From Mytilus trossulus (lineage: Eukaryota): a stretch of DNA of 64,000 bases. Location: assembly GCF_036588685.1 (NCBI RefSeq), contig NC_086375.1, forward strand, positions 89,094,001 to 89,158,000, read 5' to 3'. The translations under genes were made by a program, and so were the position numbers. How positions within the stretch are numbered: the first letter of the stretch is position 1; the number at the start of each line of letters is the position of its first letter. Positions 1 to 13,639 of the stretch are shown piece by piece. The notes below the pieces were generated by a model. That model saw nothing but the letters and a program-made list of their open reading frames with translations. It did not search any database and was not told the origin of the DNA.

Positions 1-18
1 GACACGAATTTAGAAGTA

Positions 19-200
19 GATATAGGAAGATGTGGTGTGAGTGCCAATAAGATAACTCTCCACCCAAACAACAATCTACAAAAGTAAACCACTATAGGTC
101 AACGTACGGCCTTCAACACGAAGCTTTGGCTCACATCGAACAAAAAAGCTTTAATGGGCCTCAAAATTACTAGTGTGAAACCATTCAAACGGAAAAACGG
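19..200 (+). repeat. High-copy interspersed repeat family A (AGATATAGGAAGATGTGGTGTGAGTGCCAATGAGACAACTCTC head), diverged partial copy
   Basis: Same sequence recurs at 61518 (+), 23746 (-), 29001 (+) and ~15550-15603 (-). Confidence 0.8.
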
Positions 201-2262
201 TCTGTTTTACTGACAGGTAAGACAAGAAAATTCAAGAATATGTTTAACTGACAGGAAAGACTTTTATACGAAGTGTCCGTTTCACTGACAAGGAAGAAAT
301 AATATTAAAGCATAAAGACAAGAATATGGTAGTATTTATTTTACTGGCAGTAAGATAGGAATAAATAAGGGTCTGTTTAACTGAGAGTAAAGAGAAGAAT
401 TTTGAAACGTCTGTTTATAGGAATACCTTTAACTGAAAATAAAGACAAGAAAATAGAAGCGTTTTTTACCTGACAGTAAGATTGCTTGTTTACTGACAAT
501 AAAGACAAGAATAAGGAAGTGTCTATTTTACAGACAGTAAGACAAGAATGAAGAAGTGTTTGGTTTACTTACAACAAAGACAAAAACATGGAGGTGTTCG
601 TTTTCCTGACAATAAAAACAAGAATATGGAAGTGTTTGTTTTACTGACAATTAAGACATAATATAGAAGTGTTAATTTTAATGACGATAAAGACAAGGAT
701 ATGGAAGTAATTGTTTTACTGACGATAAAAACAGGAATGTGGAAATATTTGTTTTACTGACGATAAAAACAGGAATGCGGAAGTGTTTGTTTTACTGACG
801 ATAAAAACAGGAATGTGGAAGTGTTGTTTTTACTGACGATAAAAACAGGAATGTGGAAATATTTGTTTTACTGACGATGAAAACAGGAATGTGGAAGTGT
901 TTGTTTTACTGAAGATAAAAACAGGAATGTGGAAATATTTGTTTTACTGACGATAAAAACAGGAATGCGGAAGTGTTTGTTTTACTGACGATAAAAACAG
1001 GAATGTGGAAGTGTTTGTTTTACTGACGATAAAAACAGGAATGTGGAAATATTTGTTTTACTGACGATAAAAACAGGAATGTGGAAGTGTTTGTTTTACT
1101 GAAGATAAAAACAGGAATGTGGAAGTGTTTGTTTTACTGACGATAAAAACAGGAATGTGGAAGTGTTTGTTTTACTGACGATAAAAACAGGAATGTGGAA
1201 GTGTTTGTTTTACTGACAATAAAAACAAAATTTGGAAGTGTTTGTTTTACTGACGATAAAAACAAAATTTGGAAGTGTTTGTTTTACTGACAATAAAAAC
1301 AAAATTTGGAAGTGTTTGTTTTACTGACGATAAAAACAGGAATGTGGAAGTGTTTGTTTTACTGACGATAAAAACAGGAATGTGGAAATATTTGTTTTAC
1401 TGACGATAAAAACAGGAATGTGGAAGTGTTTGTTTTACTGAAGATAAAAACAGGAATGTGGAAGTGTTTGTTTTACTGACGATAAAAACAGGAATGTGGA
1501 AGTGTTTGTTTTACTGACGATAAAAACAGGAATGTGGAAGTGTTTGTTTTACTGACAATAAAAACAGGAATGTGGAAGTGTTTGTTTTACTGACAATAAA
1601 AACAAAATTTGGAAGTGTTTGTTTTACTGACGATAAAAACAAAATTTGGAAGTGTTTGTTTTACTGACGATAAAAACAGGAATGTGGAAGTGTTTCTTTT
1701 ACTAAAAATAAAGACAAGAATATGGAAGCGTTTCTTGAACTGACAATTAGATAAACAAATATTAAAGTGCTTTTTTTATTTACAACAAAGTCAAGAATAT
1801 GGAAGTGTTTATTATACTGACAGTTAATTCAAAAATATAGAAGTGTCTATTATACTGACAACAAAGACAAGAATATAGAAGTGTCTACTATACTGACAAC
1901 AAAGACAAGAATATGGAAGTGTCTATTATACTGACAACAAAGACAAGAATATGGAAGTGTCTATTATACTGACAACAAAGTAAAAAATATGGAAGTGTCT
2001 ATTATTCTGACAGTTTCTTCAAGAATATGGAAGTGTCTATTATACTGAAAACAACGACGAGAATATGGAAGTGTTTATTATACTGACAGTTAATTCAAAA
2101 ATATGGAAGTGTCTACTATACTGACACCAAAGACAAGAATATGGAAGTGTCTATTATACTGACAACAAAGTCAATAATATGGAAGTGTCTATTATTCTGA
2201 CAGTTTCTTCAAGAATATGGAAGTGTCTATTATACTGAAAACAACGACGAGAATATGGAAGT
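200..2262. repeat. 38-bp tandem satellite/minisatellite array
   Basis: Unit ACTGACGATAAAAACAGGAATGTGGAAGTGTTTGTTTT with 38-bp spacing (e.g. 721 to 759). Homogeneous core ~720-1700, variant subarray ~1800-2262, degenerate left edge. Confidence 0.95.
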
Positions 2263-2397
2263 AGCAGTACATGAGATATGAGTGTCGATTGTGTTATTTG
2301 CCATAAAACATTAAGTCAAAAATATATTTATATTATTTTACGTTATCATAGTGTTTTACGTAATTAACACACGTTAATAAATGACTAGAGCGATGGT

Positions 2398-2552
2398 TTA
2401 AACAAGTCGTGGTTATTTTGACCTGCCGCCAGTCACTTCCGAACATCTTGTATTGTTATTCATTGCGGTGATTTTAACAAGTCGCGGTTATTTTGACCCG
2501 CCATCAGACACTTCCGTACATCTTGTATTATTATTCATTGCGGTGATTTAAC
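2398..2552. repeat. Direct tandem duplication of ~76 bp
   Basis: Two copies of AACAAGTCGYGGTTATTTTGACCYGCC...CACTTCCGWACATCTTGTATTRTTATTCATTGCGGTGATTT. Confidence 0.85.
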
Positions 2553-5190
2553 ACAGATCAAACTTCGTGATCTCCGTAAGACATGTCAACCAAATATGTA
2601 TGCACAAATAAAGTCAGGCTTGTTAAAAAATAAATCTCAGCTACTGATTGTGAATAGGGAAAGTTATAGGGAGAATCCCCATCATTAGAACCAAATCATT
2701 GTTGTAACTCATTTTGTATATAAAAAACAATTTAACGCTATCAAACTGTACAAGCACGTGTCAAACACTGAATGACAACTTTGATGTATTGACAAATGTA
2801 AAATGTCGACTCATCTTAATTGATTATTTTACATATATATAGGATTTTTCTTTTAAAATGAAATTAATGATTTAATATCTTTTAATGTAAACACTTACTT
2901 CCAACGTAAACATTGAAAAAAGGGATGGACACTCTCGGTGCATCTATATTGATAAGGATAAATAAACCCCAAAAAAGTAAACAAAATAGAGTGAAAATAA
3001 ACTTAAGTAACACTGTAGTGATTGCACACTTTCTCGCATTGGAGAGCAAAGCTGTGTTATTAACTAAAATGCATTTAAAACGGATGTACTATATACTAGT
3101 CGTCCAATCATCCTTAATCTTTTCGAAGATTATTTAAATAACAATAGGGAATACTTGTGGTCAGGGTTACCTTACCTACATTAAAATGTGTACCTTTATT
3201 TTTGCACCTTTTGTAGTAAATGACGATAAATTTCAGGCCATAATCATACTCAATATTAGATATGAAAAGAATAATAAAAGAACTCCTATCCATTTATACC
3301 CGTACCACAAATACTGTTTAACTTGGACTTCAAATACTTATTGTGTCATCCTCAATCCCCCATCCTTAGTCACATAGACAATGTCCATTTTTGTATACCC
3401 AAACAGTGTCAATTTGTTAAAAAAAAGAAAGCTACAACTTTAAAAGATATGTTTTAAAAACAAATGCTACATCTTGAAAATCACCATACATGAATTGCCT
3501 GTTTATAAGACAATTGCATGTCGGCTGCAACAGGTTCATTACAAAAATATAAGTCTAGTAGAATTTCGCTTTGCATATTAATTGTTAAAAATCTGGTAAA
3601 AGTACTTGTTTATTTTTTTCCCAAGCGTATTTGTCATTTCATCTTTATAGTTTTGTAACCAGACTCACGCTAGCGAACAATAAGCCAGAAAATGTACCAA
3701 AAGTTTCCCATGTTTTCCAATTTAAATAATTTTTGTTTCCATCGTTATAATAAATTTACAAAATAATAGATATAAGAATAAGAATAAGGATACGTATTGT
3801 CTTAAGTAAGGGCCATTGACGGGATGTATGAAAATTATACAAGGAGGACAATGCATTATGATTTGTATCCCAAAAAAATGTTCAAATTATCAGAAAATAC
3901 ATACATAAATCTTCAACTAATAATCAGCATGCGCATTTTATTACCACAGTACCGCAACCATAAAATCATTGCAATAGGAATCGTTATTACGTATATTAAT
4001 TTACGTTTCGACATCATCTAGCCATGAAATAACATAGTTCCCTAGATATTTTAGGATAAACACATTTTCATTAGTAAACAACCAAAATAATTGAGAGATT
4101 TGAAAAGTTATAACGAATATTGTTTATCCTCGAAAAATATTTCTCTATCCTCCTTCTATCCTTGACAACTTGTAATACAATGTTAATCATCTACAACCAT
4201 ATTAAGGGTACATTTCTTACAAAGTCTCTGATTTCTTTCTGTATATAAAGTTTTATGTCTGTTTCTTTTTAATTTAAGATCATGAGCACTGATTCTGATT
4301 TTGCATTTGACACTTCTAAATCGAAAATTGTTTAAAGATAGATAAATCTTTTTTTTGTTACTTGAAAATAAGTATATTATTTTGTGTCAGTTATTGTTGT
4401 GTTCTACAAATTTATAAAACTGTTACAAATATTTGCTAAATGACCTTGATTACAAAGTATGAATATTCCGCTTTTTAAAAATACTTGTACAACGTATTTA
4501 TGAATACCAACACTCGCTAATAGTAGTAAATATTTATTTGATTTTGTTCCATATTTTTTTTAATTCTAAACCAATTTTTCACTATTGATAATTCAACTGA
4601 AATTATATATATGGAATCTACCAGTTTACCAATTTTTCTAGCACAGCTAAGTTAGAGGACTTATTCTTTACACCTAAAATACTCTTTATTTATTGAGAAG
4701 TGAATTCATATTTAAAAAATAATGTTAATATGCTGTAGTAAATATTCATAAATATTAATTTTCTTTTTTATATACTGTAGAGCTAGTGATATTTATAACT
4801 GTAATTTAAGTAAACTTCTAGTGATGTTTTCTATAATTCTTTATTTCTGTCTTAAAAAGTCCACCAGATGAAAATTTCAAAACTAAACAGTCATAACTAT
4901 TAACACATTCTAAAGTATCATAATTGAAATATAAAACTTTCTCTAATTCTATGGAAATTTATCCCTTTTCGAACCCATTGTATAAAAAAATTTAATCAAC
5001 GTGTGGTTGCTGGTGATGTCAGAAGATCATTGGTTGATTTTAAGGGTCATGACCTTTTTGGCTGACTGGATGAACCAAAATATGATAACAGGTGTTAATG
5101 AAATTGACAACTTCGTGCAATGTGAAAGGCACTCGAAGGGGATTTTCGGTAAACAAAAAAAGAAAATGTCTTTTTAATCATTAGAGAAAC

Positions 5191-5353
5191 AGATTCTTAC
5201 ATAGTTACTCGTGGATTATCGGATTTATCCAATCTCGATAGTTAAATTATAAATTTTAAAGTACTCGCCGAGGCGGCTCGAACTTTAAAATTGATAATTT
5301 AACTATCTCGATTGGATAAATCCGATAATCCACTGGTATCAATGTAAGAATCT
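5191..5353. mobile_element. Fold-back (hairpin) MITE-like element
   Basis: AGATTCTTACAT...GTGGATTATCGGATTTATCCAATC...TTTTAAAGT [loop] ACTTTAAAA...GATTGGATAAATCCGATAATCCAC...ATGTAAGAATCT forms a ~75-bp near-perfect inverted repeat. Confidence 0.8.
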
Positions 5354-6224
5354 ATATATATCTTTTAATATCTGGTCATATATGCATGGTATACAAACGT
5401 TTTCTTTGATAAATTGACCCCATAACATATTTTAATACAAAAATGGAATAAAATAGAATGTTTTTTAAAGACTTGCATTTGAACTAGAAAAAAAAACCGA
5501 TATTATCTGCATACATAAGACAGTCAATTCTGCGGCCATTAGAATCAACAGCATCCGAACATTCCTCAAATGCATCCAGTTATTCATTTTTAGATCTTAA
5601 ATAGGGTGAAACTTAAAACATCCCCTCAAGAATGAAAACAAGAAATAGGCACATTATTTTTCAACAAATAATAGATAATCCTATAGATTTAATTTTCAAC
5701 CAAGTATTCACTGGTACTTGACAAAGACGCTTCACAATTCTGTAAAACTCTTTGAAAAAGCAGGTTGGCATCATATTTTATTTCCATTAAAATTCAATAA
5801 CTTTTGCAAAAGATTCATTTAAACAAACACCTCAGTATATTTTTCGTATCATTTGAATAATTGTCAAGTGTGTTATTGACCTTGATAACATGAATTCATT
5901 AACCTACTTAATTAAATTACTTGTCATTTATTTCAACATATATTGTCATTCATTAATGTTGTGGTTGGAAGATTGTTTTTATGACAATATTCAAATTCCC
6001 GGTGTTTTCCTTTCCCTTGTCTGTTGTTTTCTTAGAAATCTTGGTACAACCTATTTCATTTATCTTAGCATACCGATGTTATATTATATCTATAACCATG
6101 ATAACATTGAAATTCTAAACAGTACCATTGCTTATCAACTTATCTATCCCCAATTGATGTATTTAGTTAGATATTTGTAATTCTCATCGGATTTTGTCAA
6201 ATGTGTTGACATCTTTTTTTATCA

Positions 6225-7000
6225 TGATGTACACCTCTGAGGAGCCAAAAATTTCTAGAATTAAACTTTTTTTCTAAACCTGTTTTTTGTGTTCATATGA
6301 CTGTAAAAAAATAATTGGTGAAGAAAAAATCATACGGTGGTGCACTTCTTTTTTTGCTACGGCCCTTTGAAAGTACCCAATTTTCATGATTTTCCCATTT
6401 TTCATCAGTTTTTACCTATTTTTTGGCTCTAATCATGAAAAAAATCACATTTCCACAATTAAACTTTTTGTCATACTTTCAATAAAGATGAAGGGAACCA
6501 ATCTGAATAAATTTTAATTTCAAAAACTATAAGTAGGTGTTAATATAAGAAAGTTTTATCATATTTTGATGCTTTTTTGTGTCAAATTTACCATGTTGTC
6601 AATTTTGTCAATTTGTGATTTTTCTCCGTTTTAAGTACAAATTGCATATTTTTTCAACTTCTTTGTTATAAATGATTGAAAACATACATATCTAAGAAAT
6701 TTGAAAAGAAAAAAGGGATGTGGGATGTACATGTTTCTGGTAAAATCTTTTTTTGTATCTCTCACCTATTTTCTCGATATTTTGGCTAAAAAGACTGACT
6801 CGATTGGTAATAAAATTTGAAAAATGTATTACTCAAAAACTACTCATTGGAAATACCCAATTTTTTTACAGAGTTGAGTTTGATTATTACATTTTTTAAA
6901 TTCATTCATATTTTACACTTGTATCTCATGTTTAAGACATAATTCCAGAACGAGATTTCAACGAGACTGAACGAGACTGAAATGTCAGAAGAATACATCC
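6225..7000. mobile_element. Non-autonomous DNA transposon, Kolobok-like ends
   Basis: Left GATGTACACCTCTGA and right TCAGAAGAATACATCC|TTAA are imperfect TIRs; TTAA is present only on the right flank; no coding capacity. Confidence 0.45.
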
Positions 7001-7259
7001 TTAAGGTAAAGAAAATTAATCACCGCCTTCATTTATAAGATTTGATTTTGTTCAACGTAATCTATACGATGTGTTACGTTTGAAGTTGGATTCAAAACAA
7101 ACCGGACATTTCTATATAATAAAGTTGATTGCTACCTCAGTTTGCTATTAATAAGTATTGCAATGTGCATTGTTAATAAATGTAATATCAGTATTTAGCT
7201 CAAATATAATCTTAAATTAATCCGAATTCTATCTTATTTTTGAAATATAGTTTAAGTCA

Positions 7260-7420
7260 TTTAAGGAATGACTGTAATATTTTTTCTGTCTATGAAGTAA
7301 TAACATAAAAAAATTGGTGCACACTGAATAATGCGCGTAGCGGGTTATTTGACAGTGTGCAACACATTTTTTTTATGTTATTTCGAATAGACAGAAAAAA
7401 ATACAGTCATTTCTTATAAT
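7260..7420. mobile_element. Fold-back (hairpin) MITE-like element
   Basis: AAGGAATGACTGTA...TTTTTTCTGTCTAT...AATAACATAAAAAAA..TGCACACTG pairs with CAGTGTGCA...TTTTTTTATGTTATT...ATAGACAGAAAAAAATACAGTCATTTCTT. Confidence 0.75.
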
Positions 7421-7639
7421 TTAATTCTAAATTCCATTTTAAATCGTAGGAAACTATGAAAAAACGTGACTGAATTATGTCTATGGGCTCATAACAAAAT
7501 AACGTCAGCCAATCAGGAGACGCGTTACATCCAAAATCAAATTATTCAATTGTGACGTCGTTTTTGTGCTGTTTCAGAATTTAAAATGTGACGTTATGTT
7601 TGTGCCTTTTCACCATTTCGTAAGTGACGTCACTTTTCG

Positions 7640-8780
7640 TGTTGGTCTATGTAATGTATCCGGGTTTCGTTTTCTGTAATTGGTTAATACTTCAGTTTTA
7701 TCATGTATATCTTTTATATTCATTTGATAAAATTTACTGTTTGCAATAGCATAAATTGTTCTAAATAATAAAGATGTTCTTATCCTAAGCAGAAATCCCT
7801 AGCCGTATTTGGCACAACTTTTTTGAAATTTTGATCCTCAGTGATGTACAACTTTGTGCTGGTTTTGACTTCGAACTTTTATATCTGGCGTCACTGGTAA
7901 GTCTTGTGTGGACGAGGCGCGTTTCTGGCGTATTGAATTTTAAACCTGATGCCTTTTGTTAGCTACTATTCATATGTTGCTTTGTCAAAAATGTTCTATT
8001 TATTTGTATTGTAATCCTGTAATATTATGTTGTTAGTTTAATGTCATGCTGTTTCTTAATTTCATAAATTCAAATTGGCATAACGTTTCTGCCTTTTCGC
8101 CATCGTATGTGACGTCACAATTTTTTTAATTACGTTGACGCTTGGACTGATTCGGATGTGTGTCTATTTTGTGATAAACTTGGGTTTAGTTTTCTGTAAT
8201 AAGTTAATATTTCAGTTTCATTATGTATATCTCTTTCATATTCATTTGTTAAAATTTACTGTTTGCAATAGCATTAAGTATTCTATATAATAAGGATGTT
8301 CTTATCCCGTGCATAAAAACAATGCCGTATTTGTCAAAACCTTTTCAACTTTTGATCTTCAGTGTTGTACAACTTTGTACCTTTTTCACGTTCGATCTTT
8401 TATATCTAGGCGTTATGTATTCAGGTTTAGTTTTCTGTAATTAGTTAATACTTTAGTTTCTTTGTGTATATCTCTTTCATATTCATTTGATAAGATTTAC
8501 TGTTTGCAATAGCATGAAATAAGAATGTTCTTATCCCGGGCATAAAAACAATGCCGTATTTTGCGAAACCTTTTCTACTTTTGATCTTCAGTGCTGTACA
8601 ACTTTGTACTTTTTTCACTTTCGATCTTTTATATCTGTGCGTCGCTGGTGAGTCTTGTGTGGACAAGGCGCGTTTTTGGCGTATTGAATTTTAAACCTGA
8701 TGCTTTTTGTTATCTATTAATCATGTTTTTCTGTGTCTAATATGTTCTCCTATGTATTTGTATTGTAGTCCTGTAATATT
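7640..8780 (+). repeat. Three head-to-tail partial copies of interspersed repeat family B
   Basis: TTTTCTGTAATTRGTTAATA...TTTACTGTTTGCAATAGCAT...GTACAACTTTGT...CGTCRCTGGTRAGTCTTGTGTGGAC recurs near 7670, 8190 and 8430. Related pieces at 18290-18530, 24710-24970, 47805 and 57480. Confidence 0.75.
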
Positions 8781-8799
8781 ATGTTGTCATTTCAATGTT

Positions 8800-9702
8800 A
8801 TATTTAACTTTGCCATTAAAGTGCGAGGTTTGGCATGCCTTAAAACCAGGTTCAACCCACCACTTTTATTCCCTTTTAAAAGTGTCCTGTACCAAGTCAG
8901 GAAGATGGTCATTGTTTTAATATTGTTCGTTTCTCTTTGTGTTGCATTTTAACGTTGAGTCGTTTGTGTTTTCTCTTATTTTTGAGATATTGAGATAAGA
9001 CGTGGCACGGTACTTGTCTATCCCATATTCATGTATTTGGTTTTCATGTTACATTTGTTATTCTCGTGGTGTTTTGTCTGATGATTGGTCTGTTTCTGTG
9101 TGTGTTGTGTTTCGGTGTTGTGTCGTTGTTCTCCTCTTATATTTAATGCGTTTCGCTCGGTTTTGGTTTGTTACCCCGATTTTGTTTTTTGTCCATGGAT
9201 TTATGAGTTTTGAACAGCGGTATACTACTGTTGCCTTTATTTAATGTTATATTTAATATTGATATTAAAGTCCGAGGTTTGGCATGACACAATACCAGGT
9301 TCAACCCACCATTTTGTTCTTTAAAAATGTCTTGTACCAAGTCAGGAATATGGCCATTGTTATATTATAGTTCTTTTCTGTGTGTGTTACATTTTAACGT
9401 TGTGTTTTCGTTGTTTCGTTTGTTTTCTCTTATATTTGAGTGTGAATTCACATTATTAGAAGACGTGTCACGGTACTTTTCTACCCAAAATTCATGTATT
9501 TGGTTTGATTTTATATTTGTTATTCTCATCGGATTTTGTCTAATGTTTAGTCCGTTTCTGTGTGTGTTACATTTTAATGTTGTGTCGTTGTTCTCCTCTT
9601 ATATTTAATGTGTTTCCCTCAGTTTTAGTTTGTTATTCGATTTTGTTTTTTGTCCATGGATATACGAGTTTTGAACAGCGCTATACAACTGTGGCTTTTA
9701 TT
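8800..9702 (+). repeat. Two tandem copies of interspersed repeat family C (terminus TTTTGAACAGCGGTATACTACTGTTGCCTTTATTT)
   Basis: Copies end near 9242 and 9702. The same terminus occurs at 13350, 29636, 47213, 48205 and inverted at 39881, 43633 and 55504. Confidence 0.8.
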
Positions 9703-12700
9703 GCACCAGCCGATGATTGGTGACGCTACCTTGCATTCTATGCCGACGCGTTCATCGTTTGAAATTACAAAGTCTCCACTGACGTTGATAATGGCGGTGG
9801 ACATAAATACTAAGGTGTACAGCGACATTTCCCAAACTTCAAAAATCATAAAATAATAATAAGCGTATCCAACCCTAAACCTTAGATACACTTTTGTTAC
9901 TCTTGTATCAAACGTGAGTTTTCAGTTTGAATGCAAAATGTATCTGTAAAATTACCATTGTACAAGCCTTAGTATCTTACTCAATATCATACACATGGTA
10001 AGCCAAAAGATTACCAATGGGGAAGTTCCGGATTACCTCACTTGAAAGTAAAAACGTATGCATATGACTAAGTAGAATAAAAGGACACTTGGTGCATTTT
10101 TATTTTGTTGTATCGCAGTTTTCTATCAAAACATAGACATCATTGACCTTATAGAAATATATTGTTGTAAAGTAAAACTGTACCTTCTATTCTACGATTC
10201 ATTCCGATAATTTTTCAGACATCTACTTCAATTTAGATAAAAGTTGAACAATAATATTGAAAATGAAACAAGCTTTTCTATGAATTATGTTTTTTAAGAA
10301 TATTTCTTTATTCTGTCAGAGCAGCTGACGTCCATTCGACAGTTAATTTTTAACGAAATTGTTGTGTCAGTCATATTTTGTTGATTGCTTGAAATTAAGA
10401 TACAGAGATCATGAATACAAAGATTTATTTTGAAAATAAACAAAGTTCAATATTTCAACAATAATCAAACTTTTTTCTGTAAAACAACAAAAACAGTCGT
10501 TTACTGGTATCAAAGAATAGAGAAATGATTTATTTTTCATTGCTTTTGGTGTATGGCACACATCTACTAAACATCCATACTCAAGAGGAATTCCCGTACT
10601 TCTCTGTCTACCTTAGTAATGATAGGATTTTAACAAACCTGTCTATGTCCAATTTTGAATTTTGAAATTGTAAACAAACTATGATTTCTAATCTCTGTCT
10701 TTTGTCCTTTGTTTTCTCTTAGCTCTTCTTTTTTTTTTTTTTTTAATATTCAACATATTTTATTAACAATCACCTGTTACATCAACCCTCAGTTGCCCAG
10801 GGAAGCAAGTGTTTTCTCATAGCTCTTTAACTGTTACAGTTTTTATACATCCTCGCCTACTGGCTTTCAGCATTTACGATATGGTAAATACAGAATTGGC
10901 CTCCTGAAGCATGAAGTGTTGTGACCGAATTTATCGTTGGCTTAGTAGACAGCACTTTGGTACTAACAAGATTTATAACAAAAAAGGTAGAATAACAAAC
11001 ATACTAAACTCCTAAGAAAATTCAAAAAAGAAATTTCATTCGAATGGAAAATTTAACAACAGTAATATTTCTGACATTTCCTTGTGTAGATTGGGCCTGT
11101 TTTTACAGTTAGCTAAACCTCTAAAGGTCTCATATAATTCCATTATATTGACCAAAAAAAAAAAATCATAATAGGTGTGAATTGAAAACAATATGGGTAA
11201 AACATTCAACATTGTGTTAAAATCTTTATCACTATAAATATCAAATGACTATTTCAATTAGTATACAAACCAGAATGTCATGTAGATACTCTAAAGACAA
11301 AGTGTATTAACAAAATAAAATAAGTATACAAAAATAATCATGGCACAAAAACACAATAGCGGAAAGTATAAATACCGAACCACGCTAAAACAAATCTACC
11401 AAAAAGGGATTTAATAGTTACGAATAAGATATACAAAGACAAATAAAAAGAACACTTTAACATGCTATTTTAAAAGATGATAAAAACGTTAGTATCTAGA
11501 ATCTATACTTGAAGACCATAAAAAACTACAGGTAAAGTTGATATATTGCTGCTTCAATTGTGGACATTTATAATTTCTGAATTAAATTGTCTCATTAGTC
11601 ATATATTATGTTACTTAAATAAAATTACTAATTTGACCGCCAATTTCAAAATCGAAGTATGCGTTTAAAAATTAGGCGAAGAAAGCCGTGTCTGTTGTGT
11701 CTCTGATTTCTTATTCTAGATGATAAACGTATGGAACCCAATCAGAAAAGTTTTGATTGTTAATGGAGAGAACATGATCAATATAGCTGAACGTGAAGTG
11801 AAATGATCTGGTATTGCTTGTAGCTTTTATCTTGGAACAACAGTCTAAATAGACTTTGACTCATATGAAAATAAGACGATTCGGGAAGGAGAAGCCTACA
11901 ATTTGTTCCCATAGGAATTTACTGCAAAAGTCTGGATAAAAATTCAACAAATATACTGTCAATCAAAAAGTAAAATAATTAAGTCACTTGTTTTTCTGTA
12001 TAGCTTATTTTACTTTTTTGTTCAATATAAACAAAATAAGACAATAAACCATCTGCAAATATTACCAAAATCTACCACATATCCAATATTATGTTAAAGA
12101 ATGTGTGGTTACTACTGTATAACATAAGAGGCAGGTACTAAAGTGATACATGCAAGTATTTATAAAACTAAAGAAAAGAAGAGAAAAGACAAATAATGCC
12201 TCAATATCTCAACATAAATATTTTTTGTCAAATATTAAGGATATTCTAAAAAACGTGTATCGTATAAATACGACTAGAATCGTTTTGTTAATCTGTCTGG
12301 AAAGTCCGAGTTCATGAAGATCCTTATCAATATTATTTTCATATACAAATGTCACTCTCTTAAAAAAATTTAAATGAGTTAAATTCATAATCCCTCTTAT
12401 ACACCTGCATTCTTTACAAAGGATGACATTTAAGAAATCACAAATTCGTTTGGTTCACTTTTGTATATTTATCAAAAATATTCCTGTGTTATGTTTGATA
12501 ACTTAATTATTTAATATAAGAACATATTATGTCGTAACTTTCGTAATTTGCGAGGTCAAAATCAGGTATTTCTTAAATGAAATGGTATGAGTATAAGTGT
12601 GTGTATGAGTGTGCGAATTCGTAATCAGGAAGGGTTGGGTACGAATACACTGCATTGAAAAACAACCATTTTCCCTAATAATTGTTAAGTGTAGATTTGT

Positions 12701-13639
12701 CACAGAACCCACCTGCATGTCAACATGTGATAGTTTAGCACTCAAGTCTGAACTTGGTACTAATATAAATATACGTACGTCAAACACGAACGAAAGTACT
12801 ATGACTCTACAGGAATTATCTATCAAGGTTTATTGCCCGACCGAATGTAAACAATAAACAACTAATCGAGATTTAAAATCTATGGCCTCCAACTATCATT
12901 CACCTTCCCAATTTAAATATATACAAAAAGAAGCGACTACACATAAGTCAATAACAGAGACCATGATTTTATACCACTTACATAAGAAAAAATATCCAGT
13001 TGGAGATAAGCTAGAAATATTAGAAATTTGAAGTCTGAAAGAAGATTTGGAATAAGTAATCTAATTTTTATACAGGTGTACATATTTGTTGAGGTTCATA
13101 TGGTACCCCTAATGGATTAAACTATTATATGGCATTGCGTTCATTTACATTCAGTATGACTCTTGTCATATTTCTTAAATGCTGGCTTCATATCTGAAAG
13201 GTTGAGTTATGCCGCTTTGTACACATACTCTTTCAACATTGTTACTTTGACGATTATTTAAATCAAAATTAAAAATAAATATTACTGAGTTTATGATTAC
13301 TTTTGCCTCATTTATCTTCACATACCCCAATTTACCAGAATCCCATCGTTCGAACAGCGGTATACTACTGTTGCCTTTATTTAGACTGTTTGATACGGGA
13401 ATTAGTTATTGACAATTTACATGACTACCCTACTCTAATGACACTAACAAAGAGGAAATTATAAGCAATCCTTGTTACATTTCCATCAGAATAACAAATA
13501 AGGACAGAAAACTGGATCTTCTCTTAATCTTCTGAGTATCAAAATTAGATATCAAAAAGTTTAAACATTTCATGCGTCAAAACTGATCATCTTCATTTGT
13601 TTTCACTAATAAGAATTTTAACAAAGCCCTTCAAAGATC

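Noticed and set aside
200-2262. CRISPR-like regular repeats (also 17588-17962 and 55915-56770)
   Set aside because: Units are contiguous with no unique spacers, there are no cas genes, and the context is eukaryotic.
8445-9891. Cluster of short hydrophobic ORFs (also 13928-14338, 19561-19936, 39856-40119, 51876-52192, 55519-55731)
   Set aside because: All fall in T-rich interspersed repeats; the hydrophobicity is compositional.
12527-12857. Overlapping ORFs in unique-looking sequence
   Set aside because: Non-ATG starts, no recognisable domain or splice partners; may be regulatory but unsupported.
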